This document shows positions 38,137-48,265 of a DNA stretch of 64,000 nt, one piece after another. Source of the stretch: an uncultured Actinomycetes bacterium (lineage in GTDB: Bacteria > Actinomycetota > Thermoleophilia > Gaiellales > Gaiellaceae); contig CAVVCG010000046.1 of NCBI GenBank assembly GCA_963746655.1, positions 31,020 through 95,019 of the forward strand, given 5' to 3'. The notes below the pieces were generated by a model. It saw only the letters and a program-made list of their open reading frames with translations. It was not told where the DNA came from and made no database searches. The translations under genes and the position numbers were made by a program. Each line of letters starts with the position of its first letter. The stretch's first letter is position 1.

Positions 38137-38304
38137 CTACGCGAGCGCGACCCGTTCGTCGCGCGCGGCTCGGTAGTCGTGGCGGAGCGTCTTGGCCAGC
38201 TTCGCCTCCAGCTCGCCACTCTCGCCCAGCTCCTCGACGATGTCCGCGCCGCCGACGAGCTCGCCGCCGATGAAGACCCGCGGGACCGTCGACCAGCCGG
38301 ACGG
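38137..38304 (-). pseudogene. Glutaredoxin-type gene remnant (C-terminal half only)
   Basis: The minus-frame translation is PSGWSTVPRVFIGGELVGGADIVEELGESGELEAKLAKTL...*. It carries the TVP/GG box of glutaredoxins but has no CxxC/CGFS N-terminal part and no start codon. Confidence 0.5.
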
Positions 38305-38324
38305 GAGTAGAGCTCCTGCCGGCC

Positions 38325-38720
38325 CTAGTCCCCGAGCGCCTGCTCCGAAGCGCGCAACAGGCCCTCTGCGCGCGCGCGGTAGGCGTCGGCCCGCGCCGCG
38401 TCACGCGTTGCCTCCGCGACGTCGCCGCTGTCGTTCTCGTAGAACTCGCGCTCTGCCCGGACGCTCTTCAGCTTCGCCTCGAAACCGGCAATCGCAAGCC
38501 GGCGCGCCCGCCGCTTCGAGTCCGACGAGGCCTGGTCTCGGCGCAGGCTCGCCAAGACGGCGGTCAGCTTCGTCTGCAGCGCCCTCCGGTCGTGGACGGA
38601 CTGAATCTCAGCAAGGCCGCGTCGGATGTCGCGCTCGACGTTCGCGTCGCCGGAGTTGCCCGACCCGCAGGCCGCGAGGAGCGCGAGGCAAACGTAGAGA
38701 AGGGCCGGCTTGCCGAGCAT
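38325..38720 (-). CDS. Lipoprotein of unknown function
   Basis: The signal plus lipobox is MLGKPALLYVCLALLAACGSG, followed by a helical charged body. Confidence 0.65.
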   Translation of the reverse strand: MLGKPALLYVCLALLAACGSGNSGDANVERDIRRGLAEIQSVHDRRALQTKLTAVLASLRRDQASSDSKRRARRLAIAGFEAKLKSVRAEREFYENDSGDVAEATRDAARADAYRARAEGLLRASEQALGD

Positions 38721-38814
38721 GCGCTGAAGAGCCTAAGGTCTGAGGGGCGCCGATCGGTGTCGCCTCTCCGGGGCGCGAGGGTCGTGACGATCTGCGCCAT
38801 GGCCCTCTCGTTAG

Positions 38815-39310
38815 TCAAGTCCCATGTGCTTCGTCACGGCACTCGACCTGCCGGGAACGCTCACGCTCGACATGAGCGTCGAGCGACTCGAGGGATACAA
38901 GGAAGGTCTCGGCAGGGCATGGGACCCGATGCTCGTGCGCACGTGCCGGCCGAATGCACCCGAGCCTGCACGCGAGGCCACCATCGACCTGCTTCGGACA
39001 TCGGAAGCGCCGACGGCGATTCTCGCCATGAGTGACATCCTGGCGCTCGGCGCTCACGAAGCTGCGGCCGAGGAGGGCCGTTCGGTTCCCAGGGAGCTAT
39101 CGGGTCGTCGGATTCGACGATAGTCGCGCTGCGCTGCATACGACGACGCCGCTGACGACGGTGGCCCAGCCGCAGGAGGAAAAGGGTCGGCTGGCCGCCC
39201 AATGGTTGATGGAGGAGATCGAGGACGGAGAGCCGCCTCCGGGCTGGCACACACAGGCGATCCTTCCGACCCAGCTCGTCGTGCGCGAGTCGACTGTATC
39301 GCCTGAGTAG
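38815..39310 (+). pseudogene. LacI-family regulator remnant: ligand-binding C-terminal part only, with a +1 frameshift near 39085
   Basis: VERLEGYKEGLG to PTAILAMSDILALGAHEAAAEEGRSVP continues in the next frame as GSYRVVGFDDSRAALHTTTPLTTVAQPQEEKG. An in-frame stop lies at 38812, and no HTH domain is present. Confidence 0.7.
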
Positions 39311-39474
39311 CCCAACGAACCGGTGCGAAGACGCCGTCAACTTGCTGCCGTCAGACGGGGACGGGGACGTCGCGGACCACGTACTTCGGCTCGGCCGTCG
39401 CGGACGCGCGAGCGTCTTCAGCGCGGCCTCGACGCGAGCGCGGAACGCCGCGCTTACACGGATCTCACAAGCAG

Positions 39475-39495
39475 TTCGGTAACCTAGTTAACGAA
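39475..39495. promoter_or_regulatory. Imperfect palindrome, a candidate MarR operator
   Basis: TTCGGTAAC-cta-GTTAACGAA matches in 8 of 9 arm positions. It ends on the A of the MarR ATG and lies in an AT-richer patch. Confidence 0.4.
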
Positions 39496-39947
39496 TGACC
39501 GAGCTAACGACCCTCGCCGCCGACCGCGTCGCGCTCGCGAACCGGTTGCGGCCTATCCTCTTCAGACTCCACCGGGAGCTCCGCCGGGAGATCCATTCCC
39601 TCGGCGATCACCGGCGGCCAGGCATCGACTCCTCTTCCAGATCAAGCGCCGTCCCGGAGTCGGCGTGCGCGAGCTCGCCGGAGCTGGAGCGCGTCTCGGC
39701 CCCGGCCATGTCCAAGGCCATCGACAAGCTGGAGCGGGCAGACCTCGTCACGCGCATCCGCGGCACCGACCGCCGCCGCGTCGGCATCGAGGTCAGCGCC
39801 GAAGGCCACCGCGCGCTCGCGTCGGTCAAGCGCCGCCGCACGGCCTGGCTCGCCACGCGGATGAAGGAGCTCTCGCCTGCCGAGCTCGACGCGCTCGACC
39901 CGCGCTCGAGCCGCTCGAGCCGTCTGCTGGAGGTGCGGCAGGGTTGA
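39495..39947 (+). pseudogene. MarR-family regulator with three +1 shifts (near 39606, 39627 and 39680) that restore the frame
   Basis: The family-consistent reading LG|ITGGQAS|LLFQIKRRPGVGVRELA|ELERVSAPAMSKAIDKLERADLVTRIRGTDRRRVGIEVSAEG requires frames 0,1,2,0. The nominal ORF stays open but encodes nonsense (DHRRPGIDSSSRSSAVPESACASSP) across the wHTH. Confidence 0.7.
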
Positions 39948-41204
39948 CGCTGCTCCGGCACGTCGGCGGGCGCACGTTCAAGAGCCTGAGCGCCCACCGC
40001 AATTACCGCCTCTTCTTCGTCGGCCAGGTCGTCTCCGTGAGCGGAACGTGGATGCAGAACGTCGCGCTCTACTGGTACGTCCTGACGCTGACGGACTCGC
40101 CTCTGGCCGTCGGGATCCTCTCCTTCTGCCGCTTCGGCCCGTTCACCCTCTTCGGGCTCTTCGCGGGCACGATCGCCGACAGGTTCGACAACCGAAGGAC
40201 GATCATGGTCACCCAGGCCGTCCAGATGGGGCTCTCGGCTGTGCTGACTGTGATCGCCTTCAGCGGCCATGCCGAGGTCTGGATGATCTACGTGATCGCC
40301 GCCGGCATGGGATCGGTCCTCGTGCTCGACGCGCCGGCGAGGCAGTCGCTCACCTTCCAGATGGTGGGCCGCGACGAGCTGCCGAATGCAGTGGCGCTCA
40401 ACTCGAGCCTCGTCAACCTCGCCCGGATCGCCGGCCCGGCGCTCGCCGGCGTGGTGATCGGCGCGGTCGGCGTCGCGTCGTGCTTCGCCGCGAACACCGT
40501 CGAGCTTCCTCGCCGTCCTGACGAGCCTCGTGCTGATGCGCGCCGCCGACCTCTTCACCTTCGAGCGGCCCAGCCGGCCGAGCCTGCTGCGCGGCACCCG
40601 CGAGGGCCTCGCCTACGTGCGCCGGGCGCCGACCGCGAAGGTGATTCTCGGGATGATGGTCGTCTTCGCGAGCATCTGCTTCAACTTCAACATCGTCCTC
40701 CCCGTCCTGGCGCACGAGACGCTTCATCAAGGGCCGCGCGTCTTCGGGATCCTGTTCGCGAGCTTCGGCGCCGGCGCCCTGGTCGGCGCGCTGGCGAGCG
40801 CCACGATCGCGCGCGCCCGCTGGAGGACGATGCTGCTCGGCGCCACCGGCTTCGCGCTGTGCGAGCTCGCGCTCGCCCCCGTGCGCTCGGCGGCGCTCGC
40901 CGCGGTCATCCTCTTCGCCTGCGGGGCGTTCTTCACGTCGTACACGTCGAACTCGAACGCGCGCATCCAGCTGGAGACGCCGGATCACCTCCGCGGCCGC
41001 GTGCTCGGGCTCTACTTCTACGCCTGGAACGGGCTCGCGCCCATCGGCGGCCTGCTCGTCGGCTGGCTGCTCTCGGTGGGCGGAACGGAACTCACGTTCG
41101 CCGTCGCCGGCACGGCGGGCCTGCTGATGGTCGCGGGCGGCTCGTTCGCGCTGACGGCGGACCGGCCGCGCCCGCGCATCGCGCTCCCGGCGCGCGCTCG
41201 CTGA
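39944..41204 (+). pseudogene. MFS transporter (EntS/DUF894-like) with an apparent +1 frameshift near 40505
   Basis: FKSLSAHRNYRLFFVGQVVSVSGTWMQNVALYW to CFAANTV continues in the next frame as SFLAVLTSLVLMRAAD to RGRVLGLYFYAWNGLAPIGG. A TTG/CTG start overlaps the MarR stop. Confidence 0.75.
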
Positions 41205-41286
41205 CGCCCTTCCTTGCCGCAAGCGGCCCAACCCGCTTAGGATCGTGCCTAGCCGGGGAGACGACCGAGGAAGCGAGGAGCCGACG

Positions 41287-42517
41287 ATGGCCGAGGTGAC
41301 CTTCGAGGACGTCGCGAAGATCTACGCCGACGGGACGCGGGCAGTCGACGACATCAACCTCGAGATCCGGGACGGCGAGTTCATGGTGCTGGTGGGACCG
41401 TCCGGCTGCGGGAAGACCACAGCATTGAGAATGGTCGCCGGGCTGGAGGACATCTCCGAAGGGACGCTCCGGATCGGGGACCGGATCGTCAACTACGTTC
41501 CGTCCCGCGACCGCGACATCGCGATGGTGTTCCAGAGCTACGCGCTCTACCCGCACCTCTCGGTGTACGACAACATCGCCTTCGGCCTGAAGCTGAAGAA
41601 GATGCCGAAGGAGGAGGTCGACAAGCGTGTGCACGACGCGGCGCGCCTGCTCGGGCTGGAGGAGTACCTGAAGCGGAAGCCGAAGGCGCTTTCCGGAGGG
41701 CAGCGCCAGCGCGTGGCGATGGGCCGCGCGATCGTCCGCCAGCCGGCGGCGTTCCTGATGGACGAGCCGCTCTCGAACCTCGACGCGAAGCTCCGCGTGC
41801 AGATGCGCGCGGAGATCTCGAAGCTCCAGGACGATCTCGGCGTGACCACGATCTACGTCACGCACGACCAGATCGAGGCGATGACCATGGGCGACCGCGT
41901 CGCCGTCATGCGCAAGGGGGAGCTGCAGCAGGTCGACGAGCCCCAGGTGCTCTACGACCGGCCGCTGAACCTCTTCGTCGGCGGCTTCATCGGCAGCCCG
42001 GCGATGAACATGCTCGACGCGAAGATCGAGCGCTCGAACGGCGGCCTGGTCGCCGTCGCGGGGAGCCAGAAGGTCGCGCTCGGCGACGAGACGCTGAGCG
42101 CGCGGCCGGCGCTGAAGAGCTACGAGGGGAAGTCCGTGATCCTCGGCATCCGCCCGGAGGACCTCGAGGACGCCGCGCTCGTCGCCGACGGCGGGGAGGG
42201 CCAGACCCTCGAGGGGGTCATCGAGCTGCGCGAAGCGCTGGGCGCGGAGATCATGGCCCACTTCTCGGTCGACGCCCGGGCGGCGGAGACGGACGAGACG
42301 CGCGAGCTCGCGGAGGACATCGGCGTGCGGCGAGGGCGACCCCGACGTCGTCGCACCCGAGGGCAAGACCGTCCTCGTCGGCCGCTTCGGGGCGCGCTCG
42401 CGCGTCAAGCAGGGCGACCCGGTCCGGGTCGCGGTCGATCACCGCGCACTGCATTTCTTCGACCCGGAGACGGGTCTCGGCATCTACGACGGGAGCGAAG
42501 CGAAAGGAGCAGCATGA
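41287..42517 (+). pseudogene. MsiK/UgpC/MalK-type sugar ABC ATPase with an apparent +1 frameshift near 42328
   Basis: It has Walker [26 protein letters not shown] and [11 protein letters not shown]. After AEDIGV, the regulatory-domain tail EGDPDVVAPEGKTVLVGRFGARSRVKQGDPVRVAVDHRALHFFDPETG lies in the next frame and ends at TGA 42515-42517. Confidence 0.85.
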
Positions 42518-43821
42518 GCAAGCGCGTTTGGGGGGGCATCGCCGCACTGGCGCTGGTGCTCTCTGTCGTGGCCGCAGGGTGCGGCGGCGGCGGAAACGAG
42601 AGCGGCGCGAGCGGCAGCACCGACGTCTCCGGCGACATCAGCACGCTCGCGGTCTGGACCGGCCCGGAGGGCGAGGCCTTCCAGGCCGTGCTCGACGGCT
42701 TCAAGGAGAAGTACCCCAACGTCAACGTGACGTACAAGTCGGCGAAGGACCCGGCGCAGGCGCTCACGACGGCGGTTCAGGGCGGCAACCCACCGGACGT
42801 CGCCGCGCTGCCGCAACCGGGCCTGATGAAGCAGTACGCAGACCAGGGCGCGCTGAAGCCGATCGAGTTCGCACGGGACGATGTCGCCAAGAACTTCTCC
42901 GCCGACTGGATCAAGTTCGGCACGGTCAACGGCAAGCTCTACGGGCTCTTCTTCAAGGGGGCCAACAAGTCGACCGTCTGGTACAACGTCCACTCGTTCG
43001 ACGACGCCGGCGTCGACCCGCCGAAGGAGTGGGAGGACCTCCTCAACGACGCGAAGACGCTGAACGCGGCCGGGACGCCCGCCTACTCGATCGGCGGCGC
43101 GGACGGCTGGACGCTCACCGACCTGTTCGAGAACATCTACCTCCGCACGGCGGGGCCCGACAAGTACGACCTGCTGGCCGCGCACAAGATCCCGTGGACC
43201 GACCCGACGGTGAAGACGGCGCTGAACGAGATGGCGCAGGTCCTGTCCGACACGAAGAACATCTACGGCGGAACGACCGGGGCGCTCAACACGGACTTCC
43301 CGACCTCGGTCACGAACGTCTTCCAGCCGTCGAGCCCGAAGGCGGCGATGGTGATCGAAGGCGACTTCGTGCCGGGCGTGGCGGCCGGCCAGACGAGCGC
43401 CGAGCCCGAGACGGACTACAACGTGTTCGCCTTCCCGGCCGTCGACGGCAACGGCGGCGACTACGTGGTGGGCGGCGGCGACGTGGTCGTGATGTTCAAG
43501 GACAATCCGGCCTCGCAGGCGCTGATCAGCTATCTCGCCACGCCGGACGCGGCCGAGATCTGGGCGAAGCGCGGCGGCTTCTCGTCGCCGAACAAGAACG
43601 TCCCGGAGGACGCCTATCCGGACGCGATCACGAAGGAGACGGCGACGGCGCTCGCCGACGCCTCGACCTTCCGGTTCGACCTCTCCGACCTCCAGCCGTC
43701 GGCCTTCGGCGGCGACTCGATGTTCACTGCCTTCCAGGACTTCCTCAAGAACCCGTCCGACGTGGACGGGACGGCGTCCACGCTCGAGAAGGACGCCAAG
43801 GCGGCGTACAGCAGCGGGTAG
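42514..43821 (+). CDS. Sugar ABC transporter substrate-binding lipoprotein
   Basis: The lipobox is LVLSVVAAGCGGG. Family 1 SBP blocks are present. The ATG overlaps the ATPase stop as ATGA. Confidence 0.88.
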   Translation: MSKRVWGGIAALALVLSVVAAGCGGGGNESGASGSTDVSGDISTLAVWTGPEGEAFQAVLDGFKEKYPNVNVTYKSAKDPAQALTTAVQGGNPPDVAALPQPGLMKQYADQGALKPIEFARDDVAKNFSADWIKFGTVNGKLYGLFFKGANKSTVWYNVHSFDDAGVDPPKEWEDLLNDAKTLNAAGTPAYSIGGADGWTLTDLFENIYLRTAGPDKYDLLAAHKIPWTDPTVKTALNEMAQVLSDTKNIYGGTTGALNTDFPTSVTNVFQPSSPKAAMVIEGDFVPGVAAGQTSAEPETDYNVFAFPAVDGNGGDYVVGGGDVVVMFKDNPASQALISYLATPDAAEIWAKRGGFSSPNKNVPEDAYPDAITKETATALADASTFRFDLSDLQPSAFGGDSMFTAFQDFLKNPSDVDGTASTLEKDAKAAYSSG

Positions 43822-43830
43822 CCGAGCAGG

Positions 43831-45164
43831 ATGAGCAGCACGAGCGTCAGCGCGGAGCTTCCCGACCGTCGGGGAGCTCCGCCTGCGCCGCCTGCGCCCT
43901 CACGGCTCCGCACGCTCGCTCTGCCGTTGTCGTTCCTGGCGCCGGCGCTCGTCCTGCTCGGCGTCTGGATCCTCTATCCGGCGATCGCGACATTCGTCCG
44001 CAGCTTCTTCAGCGACGAAGGCGGCTCGTTCGTGTGGTTCCAGAACTACGACCGGATGTTCTCGAATGCAATCGTCCACACCGCGATCAGGAACACCATC
44101 GTCTGGATCCTGGTCGCGCCAATCGCGGTCACGGCGCTCGGGCTCGCCTTCGCCGTGCTCACCGAGCGGATCGTCTGGTCGAGCTACTTCAAGATCATCC
44201 TCTTCATGCCGCTCGCGATCTCGCTCTTCGCCGTCGGCGTGATCTGGCGCATCGTCTACCAGCAGGACCCCGACCGGGGGGTGCTCAACGCGGGAGGCAA
44301 GGTCGTCCACGACACGTTCAAGTCGACCGGGGTTCTCCCACGCGCACAGCCGTCCTCGGACGCCCTGACGGCACAGTTCCGGCTCAAGCAGCCGCTCGCG
44401 GCAGGCGACACGGCGCTGCTCGGCCTGACCGGGATCAGCCCGCGCGACGTCCCCTCGGGCGCCGACCAGGCGGTGCAAGCCTCAGGCGACGCAGGGCCAG
44501 ATCACCGGCGTCGTCTGGCGCGACTTTTCGCCGGGCGGCGGCAAGCCGGGCGTGATCGAGGACGGCGAGCTCGGCATCCCAGGGGTCACGGTCACGCTGC
44601 AGCAGAACGGCAAACAGGTCGGACACGGCGAAGACGGCCAACGACGGGTCGTTCGCCTTCGAGGACGTCTCGGGGAGCGGCTACCAGGCCCAGGTCGCTC
44701 CGGCGACCTTCGCCCAGCCGTACTCCGGGGTGAACTGGCTCAGCTCGCGCTACGTCACGCCGGCAATCATCGCCGCGTTCTTATGGACCTACATCGGCTT
44801 CGCAATGGTGATCGTCGTCGCCGGGCTCTCCGCGATCCCGCGCGACGTGCTGGAGGCGGCGCGGACAGACGGCGCCACCGAGCTCCAGGTCTTCAGACGC
44901 GTCACGGTGCCGCTGCTCATGCCCGTCCTGACCGTGGTCTTCGTCACCGAGGTGATAGCGGTTCTGAAGGTCTTCGACCTCATCTACGCAATCGCGCCCG
45001 GCCCCGTCACCGACGACGCGACGAACCTCGCGTACGAGATGTGGAGGCGGTCGTTCCAGGGCCAGAACCGCTTCGGCTACGGCGCGGCGATCGCATCGTT
45101 CTTGATGCTCCTGTTCATCCCGATCGTCATCTACCAGGTGCGCTCTCAGAGGAGGCAGAACTGA
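43831..45164 (+). pseudogene. Sugar ABC permease (MalF-like) carrying an SdrD-B-like beta-sandwich insert in the large periplasmic loop. Two apparent +1 frameshifts lie near 44490 and 44620.
   Basis: TM1-3 lie in frame 1. The insert ITGVVWRDFSPGGGKPGVIEDGELGIPGVTVTLQQNGKQVG lies in frame 2. TAKTANDGSFAFEDVSGSGYQAQV plus TM4-6 with the EAA loop VLEAARTDGATELQVFRRVTVPLL lie in frame 0. Confidence 0.75.
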
Positions 45165-46051
45165 TGGCCGTCGCCGAGGCCACTCAGCCCAAGCCGGCAA
45201 CCCGCGAGAAGGCCGAGGGCTCCTTCGCGCACCGGCTCGCGAACGCGCCGGTCAACGTCATTCTGGTGATCGTCGCGCTCCTGTGGCTGATCCCGACCGC
45301 GGGTCTGTTCGTCACCTCGATCATGCCCAGGGAGGTCTCGAACGCGACCGGCTGGTGGAACTTCTTCTCGAAGCCGAGCCAGATCACATGGGAGAACTAC
45401 AACGGCATCTTCCACAACTCGGCAATCACACACGCGCTCTGGGTGACGGTGATCGTGACCGCAGGAGCCACCGTCCTGCCGATCCTCATCGCTTCGCTCG
45501 CCGCCTACGCGCTCGCGTGGATCGAGTTCCCGGCCCGCGACTATCTCTTCGTGCTGATCCTCGCCCTGATGGTCGTGCCGATTCAGATGGCGCTGATCCC
45601 GATGTTCCGCCTCTACAACACGCTGAACATCTTTGACACCATCCCCGGCCTGATCCTCTTCCACACGGCCTTCGCGCTCCCCTTCGCCATCTTCCTGCTA
45701 CGGAACTTCTTCGCCGGCATCCCGCGCGACCTGATGGAGGCCGCGCGCATCGACGGCGCCTCGGAGTGGCGGCTCTTCTTCAAGGTCGTGCTCCCGCTCG
45801 GCCTGCCGGCGATCGCCGCGCTCGCGATTTTCCAGGTCCTTTGGGTCTGGAACGATTTCCTCGTCGGCTTCACCATGGCGCAGAGCAACGTGCCGATCGC
45901 GCCGGCCCTGGCCGGCCAGCTGCGCCAGTTCTCCTCGAACCTCGACATCATCGCGCCGGCGTCGTTCTTCTCTGCGATCGTGCCGCTGACAATCTTCGTG
46001 CTCTTCCAGCGCTACTTCGTGCAGGGGTTGCTGGCCGGCTCCGTCAAGTAA
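45164..46051 (+). CDS. Sugar ABC transporter permease (MalG-like)
   Basis: The EAA loop is DLMEAARIDGASEWRLFFKVVLPL and the tail is FQRYFVQGLLAGSVK. The ATG overlaps the upstream TGA. Confidence 0.88.
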   Translation: MAVAEATQPKPATREKAEGSFAHRLANAPVNVILVIVALLWLIPTAGLFVTSIMPREVSNATGWWNFFSKPSQITWENYNGIFHNSAITHALWVTVIVTAGATVLPILIASLAAYALAWIEFPARDYLFVLILALMVVPIQMALIPMFRLYNTLNIFDTIPGLILFHTAFALPFAIFLLRNFFAGIPRDLMEAARIDGASEWRLFFKVVLPLGLPAIAALAIFQVLWVWNDFLVGFTMAQSNVPIAPALAGQLRQFSSNLDIIAPASFFSAIVPLTIFVLFQRYFVQGLLAGSVK

Positions 46052-46065
46052 GGAGTCAGGGCGCT

Positions 46066-47166
46066 GTGAGCGATGTCGCCCTCGTCGGCTCCGGGCTCGC
46101 CGCGCTGACCGCGTACGCGACGCTGCACGAGGCCGGCGTCGAGGCGGACGTCTACGGGGAGCGGGCCGACCCGGCGGGCGTCTGGCGCGAGCGGGCCGCC
46201 GCGATCCGGCAGACGCACATGCGCTCGGAGTCGGACGGGCACGTCCGGCCGCGCACGTTCCCGGGGCTGGCCGCGCGCGAGGCGTGGCGGCGGCGCGACC
46301 CGCGCCCGCTGGCGTCGTCGGTGCTCGACCGGTACCGGCCCGCGGTCTCGGAGTTCCTCGAGGACGTCGAGCGCGTGCGCGAGGCGACCGGCTGGCGGGT
46401 GCGCGAGACGCGGGTCGACGCGATCCGGGCCGTCGAGGGCGGCTTCGTCGTCGCGGGTACCGCGTACCGGCACGTGCTCGTGGCGACGGGTCATCCCGGC
46501 CTCGCGTTGCCGGAGGAGCTGGCCGGCGACCCGCGGGTGGTGCACGCCTACGAGCCGCACGAGTATGCGGCGAAGGTGGCGGTCGTGGGTGCCGGCATGG
46601 CGGCCGCGACAGAGTGGCGGAACGCCCTCGCGGCGGGCGCGGAGGTCGTCTCGGTGCGCCGCCGCGAGCCGCTCCGCAGGCCGCTGAACCTCCCGCGCCA
46701 GCTGTTCACGAAGCGGGGCCTCGCCCGCTATCACGCGTCGCCGGCGGCGGAGCGCGCCGCCTTCCTCAGGAGCATCTCGACGCCGAGCTACCCGCCCGGC
46801 CCCGAGTGGGATGCGCCACAAAAGAGCCACAATTTCCGCACGGCATCTCCCTCCGTACCTGGTCGGCGACCAGGTACGAAGGGAGAAATGTTTGCAGAGG
46901 TGGAGCAGATCATTTGCGCCACCGGCTTCCGGCGCGGCTTCCGCCACGACCCGCTGCTGCGCCGCCTCGCCGAGGAGCACGCGCTCGCGGCGGCGAACGG
47001 CTGGCTCGTGCTCGACGACGACGCGACCGTGCCGGCGCTCACCGACGAGAGCCGCACGCTCGCCCTCTCCGGGATCCACGCCCAGTGGGCCTACCCCGCA
47101 GCCGACACGCTGATGGGCATGCGCTACGTCGCGCACGCCTTCGTGCGCCGATGTCGTACACGCTGA
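46066..47166 (+). CDS. FAD/NAD(P)-binding oxidoreductase (two dinucleotide-binding motifs)
   Basis: Motifs are VALVGSGLAALTAY, VAVVGAGMAAATEW and ICATGF. An AAGGAG RBS lies upstream of GTG 46066. The ORF contains an anomalous low-GC palindromic patch at 46820-46915. Confidence 0.7.
   Translation: MSDVALVGSGLAALTAYATLHEAGVEADVYGERADPAGVWRERAAAIRQTHMRSESDGHVRPRTFPGLAAREAWRRRDPRPLASSVLDRYRPAVSEFLEDVERVREATGWRVRETRVDAIRAVEGGFVVAGTAYRHVLVATGHPGLALPEELAGDPRVVHAYEPHEYAAKVAVVGAGMAAATEWRNALAAGAEVVSVRRREPLRRPLNLPRQLFTKRGLARYHASPAAERAAFLRSISTPSYPPGPEWDAPQKSHNFRTASPSVPGRRPGTKGEMFAEVEQIICATGFRRGFRHDPLLRRLAEEHALAAANGWLVLDDDATVPALTDESRTLALSGIHAQWAYPAADTLMGMRYVAHAFVRRCRTR
46846..46886. repeat. 41-bp near-perfect palindrome inside the oxidoreductase ORF
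   Basis: TCTCCCTCCGTACCTGGTCG-g-CGACCAGGTACGAAGGGAGA pairs at 19 of 20 positions. It is embedded in a patch of about 100 bp with much lower GC and rare codons (aaa, aat, ttt, att). Confidence 0.8.
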
Positions 47167-48265
47167 AGGGACGCCTCCAGTCGCGGCTGGCCGCGGCGCT
47201 CCTGCCACTCGCAGTGGCGGCGGCGCTCTCCGCCGCGCTGCAAACGTGGTGGCCTGTCGAGCTCGTGGGACTGATGCTCGCCGTCGCGCTCGCGCTCGAC
47301 GCCGCCGTCGTACCACCCGCTGCTCCCGTACCAGCCGGGCTGGGCTGCGCTGCCGCTCGGCGTGCTCGAGCTGGCCGCGACGATCGGCCTCGTCCACGCG
47401 CTCGGAATCGCGGCGCCCACTCGGCCCGGCACTCGCGCTCTTCTGGCTCGCCTGGCTCTGGGCGCAGATCCTCGGGCACGCCGGCTTCCCGCTTCTCGAG
47501 CTCTCGTACGCGGAGGACGGCGGCGAGCTCCGGCGCGCGGGCCCGCTCGCAGCCGGCGGCGTCGCCGCGATCGTCGCGCTGACGGGCGGCGTCGCCTGGG
47601 CGACGCGTCCGCCCGTCGTCCACCTGCACGGCGTCGTCCAAGGCCCGCTGATCCTCGACAAGGAGCAGATCGTGACCGGAGGCGTCGTCCGCGGCGGGAT
47701 CGTGATCACCGCCGACCACGTGACCGTCAAGGACGTCGCCACGATCGGCGGCGACTACGGGATCGAGATCCGCGAGGCCGAGCACGTTCGCCTGGAGGAC
47801 GTCAGCGTGCTCAACGCCCGCGAGGACGGCATCCACGCGCGGCGCAGCGGCGTCATGATCGACGGCTGCGCGATCGCGGCAGGCCCGGGCACGCAGGCGA
47901 TCGACATCTCGTTCGCGATGCACCTGATGAGCGAGGTGACCGGCTGTACGGTCACCGGCGGCGACGAGGGGATCGTCGTCCACTACACGATGGCCGACAT
48001 CCACGACAACACGGTCACGGACACCGGACGTCGCGGCATCGTCATGACCGAGATGTCGATGGGCGACGTCGTCGACAACGACGTCGTGGCCGCGACAGGC
48101 ACCGGTGTCTACTGCGGCGACTACTCGGAGTGCCACATCGAGGACAACACGATCGTCGGGCCGGAGGACTCGATCCTGGCGAACTACGGCGCCTCGGCGC
48201 GCGTGCGCGACAACACGGTCGACGGCCACGTCCGGGCGATCGTGAACTCTGAGCTCACGCGCTGA
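47151..48265 (+). pseudogene. Membrane-anchored right-handed parallel beta-helix (NosD/pectin-lyase-fold) protein with two apparent +1 frameshifts (near 47305 and 47420)
   Basis: The N-terminal TM region is split over frames 0,1,2 as MSYTLKGRLQ to LDAAV, YHPLLPYQPGWAALPLGVLELAATIGLVHALGIAAP and LGPALALFWLAWLWAQILGH. Beta-helix repeats follow, including GIEIREAEHVRLEDVSV, GIVVHYTMADIHDNTV and GVYCGDYSECHIEDNTI. Confidence 0.7.

Noticed and set aside
46812-46922. A clean MITE with an 8-bp target-site duplication (TGCGCCAC) in the oxidoreductase gene
   Set aside because: The distance between the direct repeats is 103 bp, which is not a multiple of 3, so precise excision would break the reading frame. 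There are no clear terminal inverted repeats beyond the central palindrome. It is kept only as a compositional/palindrome anomaly.
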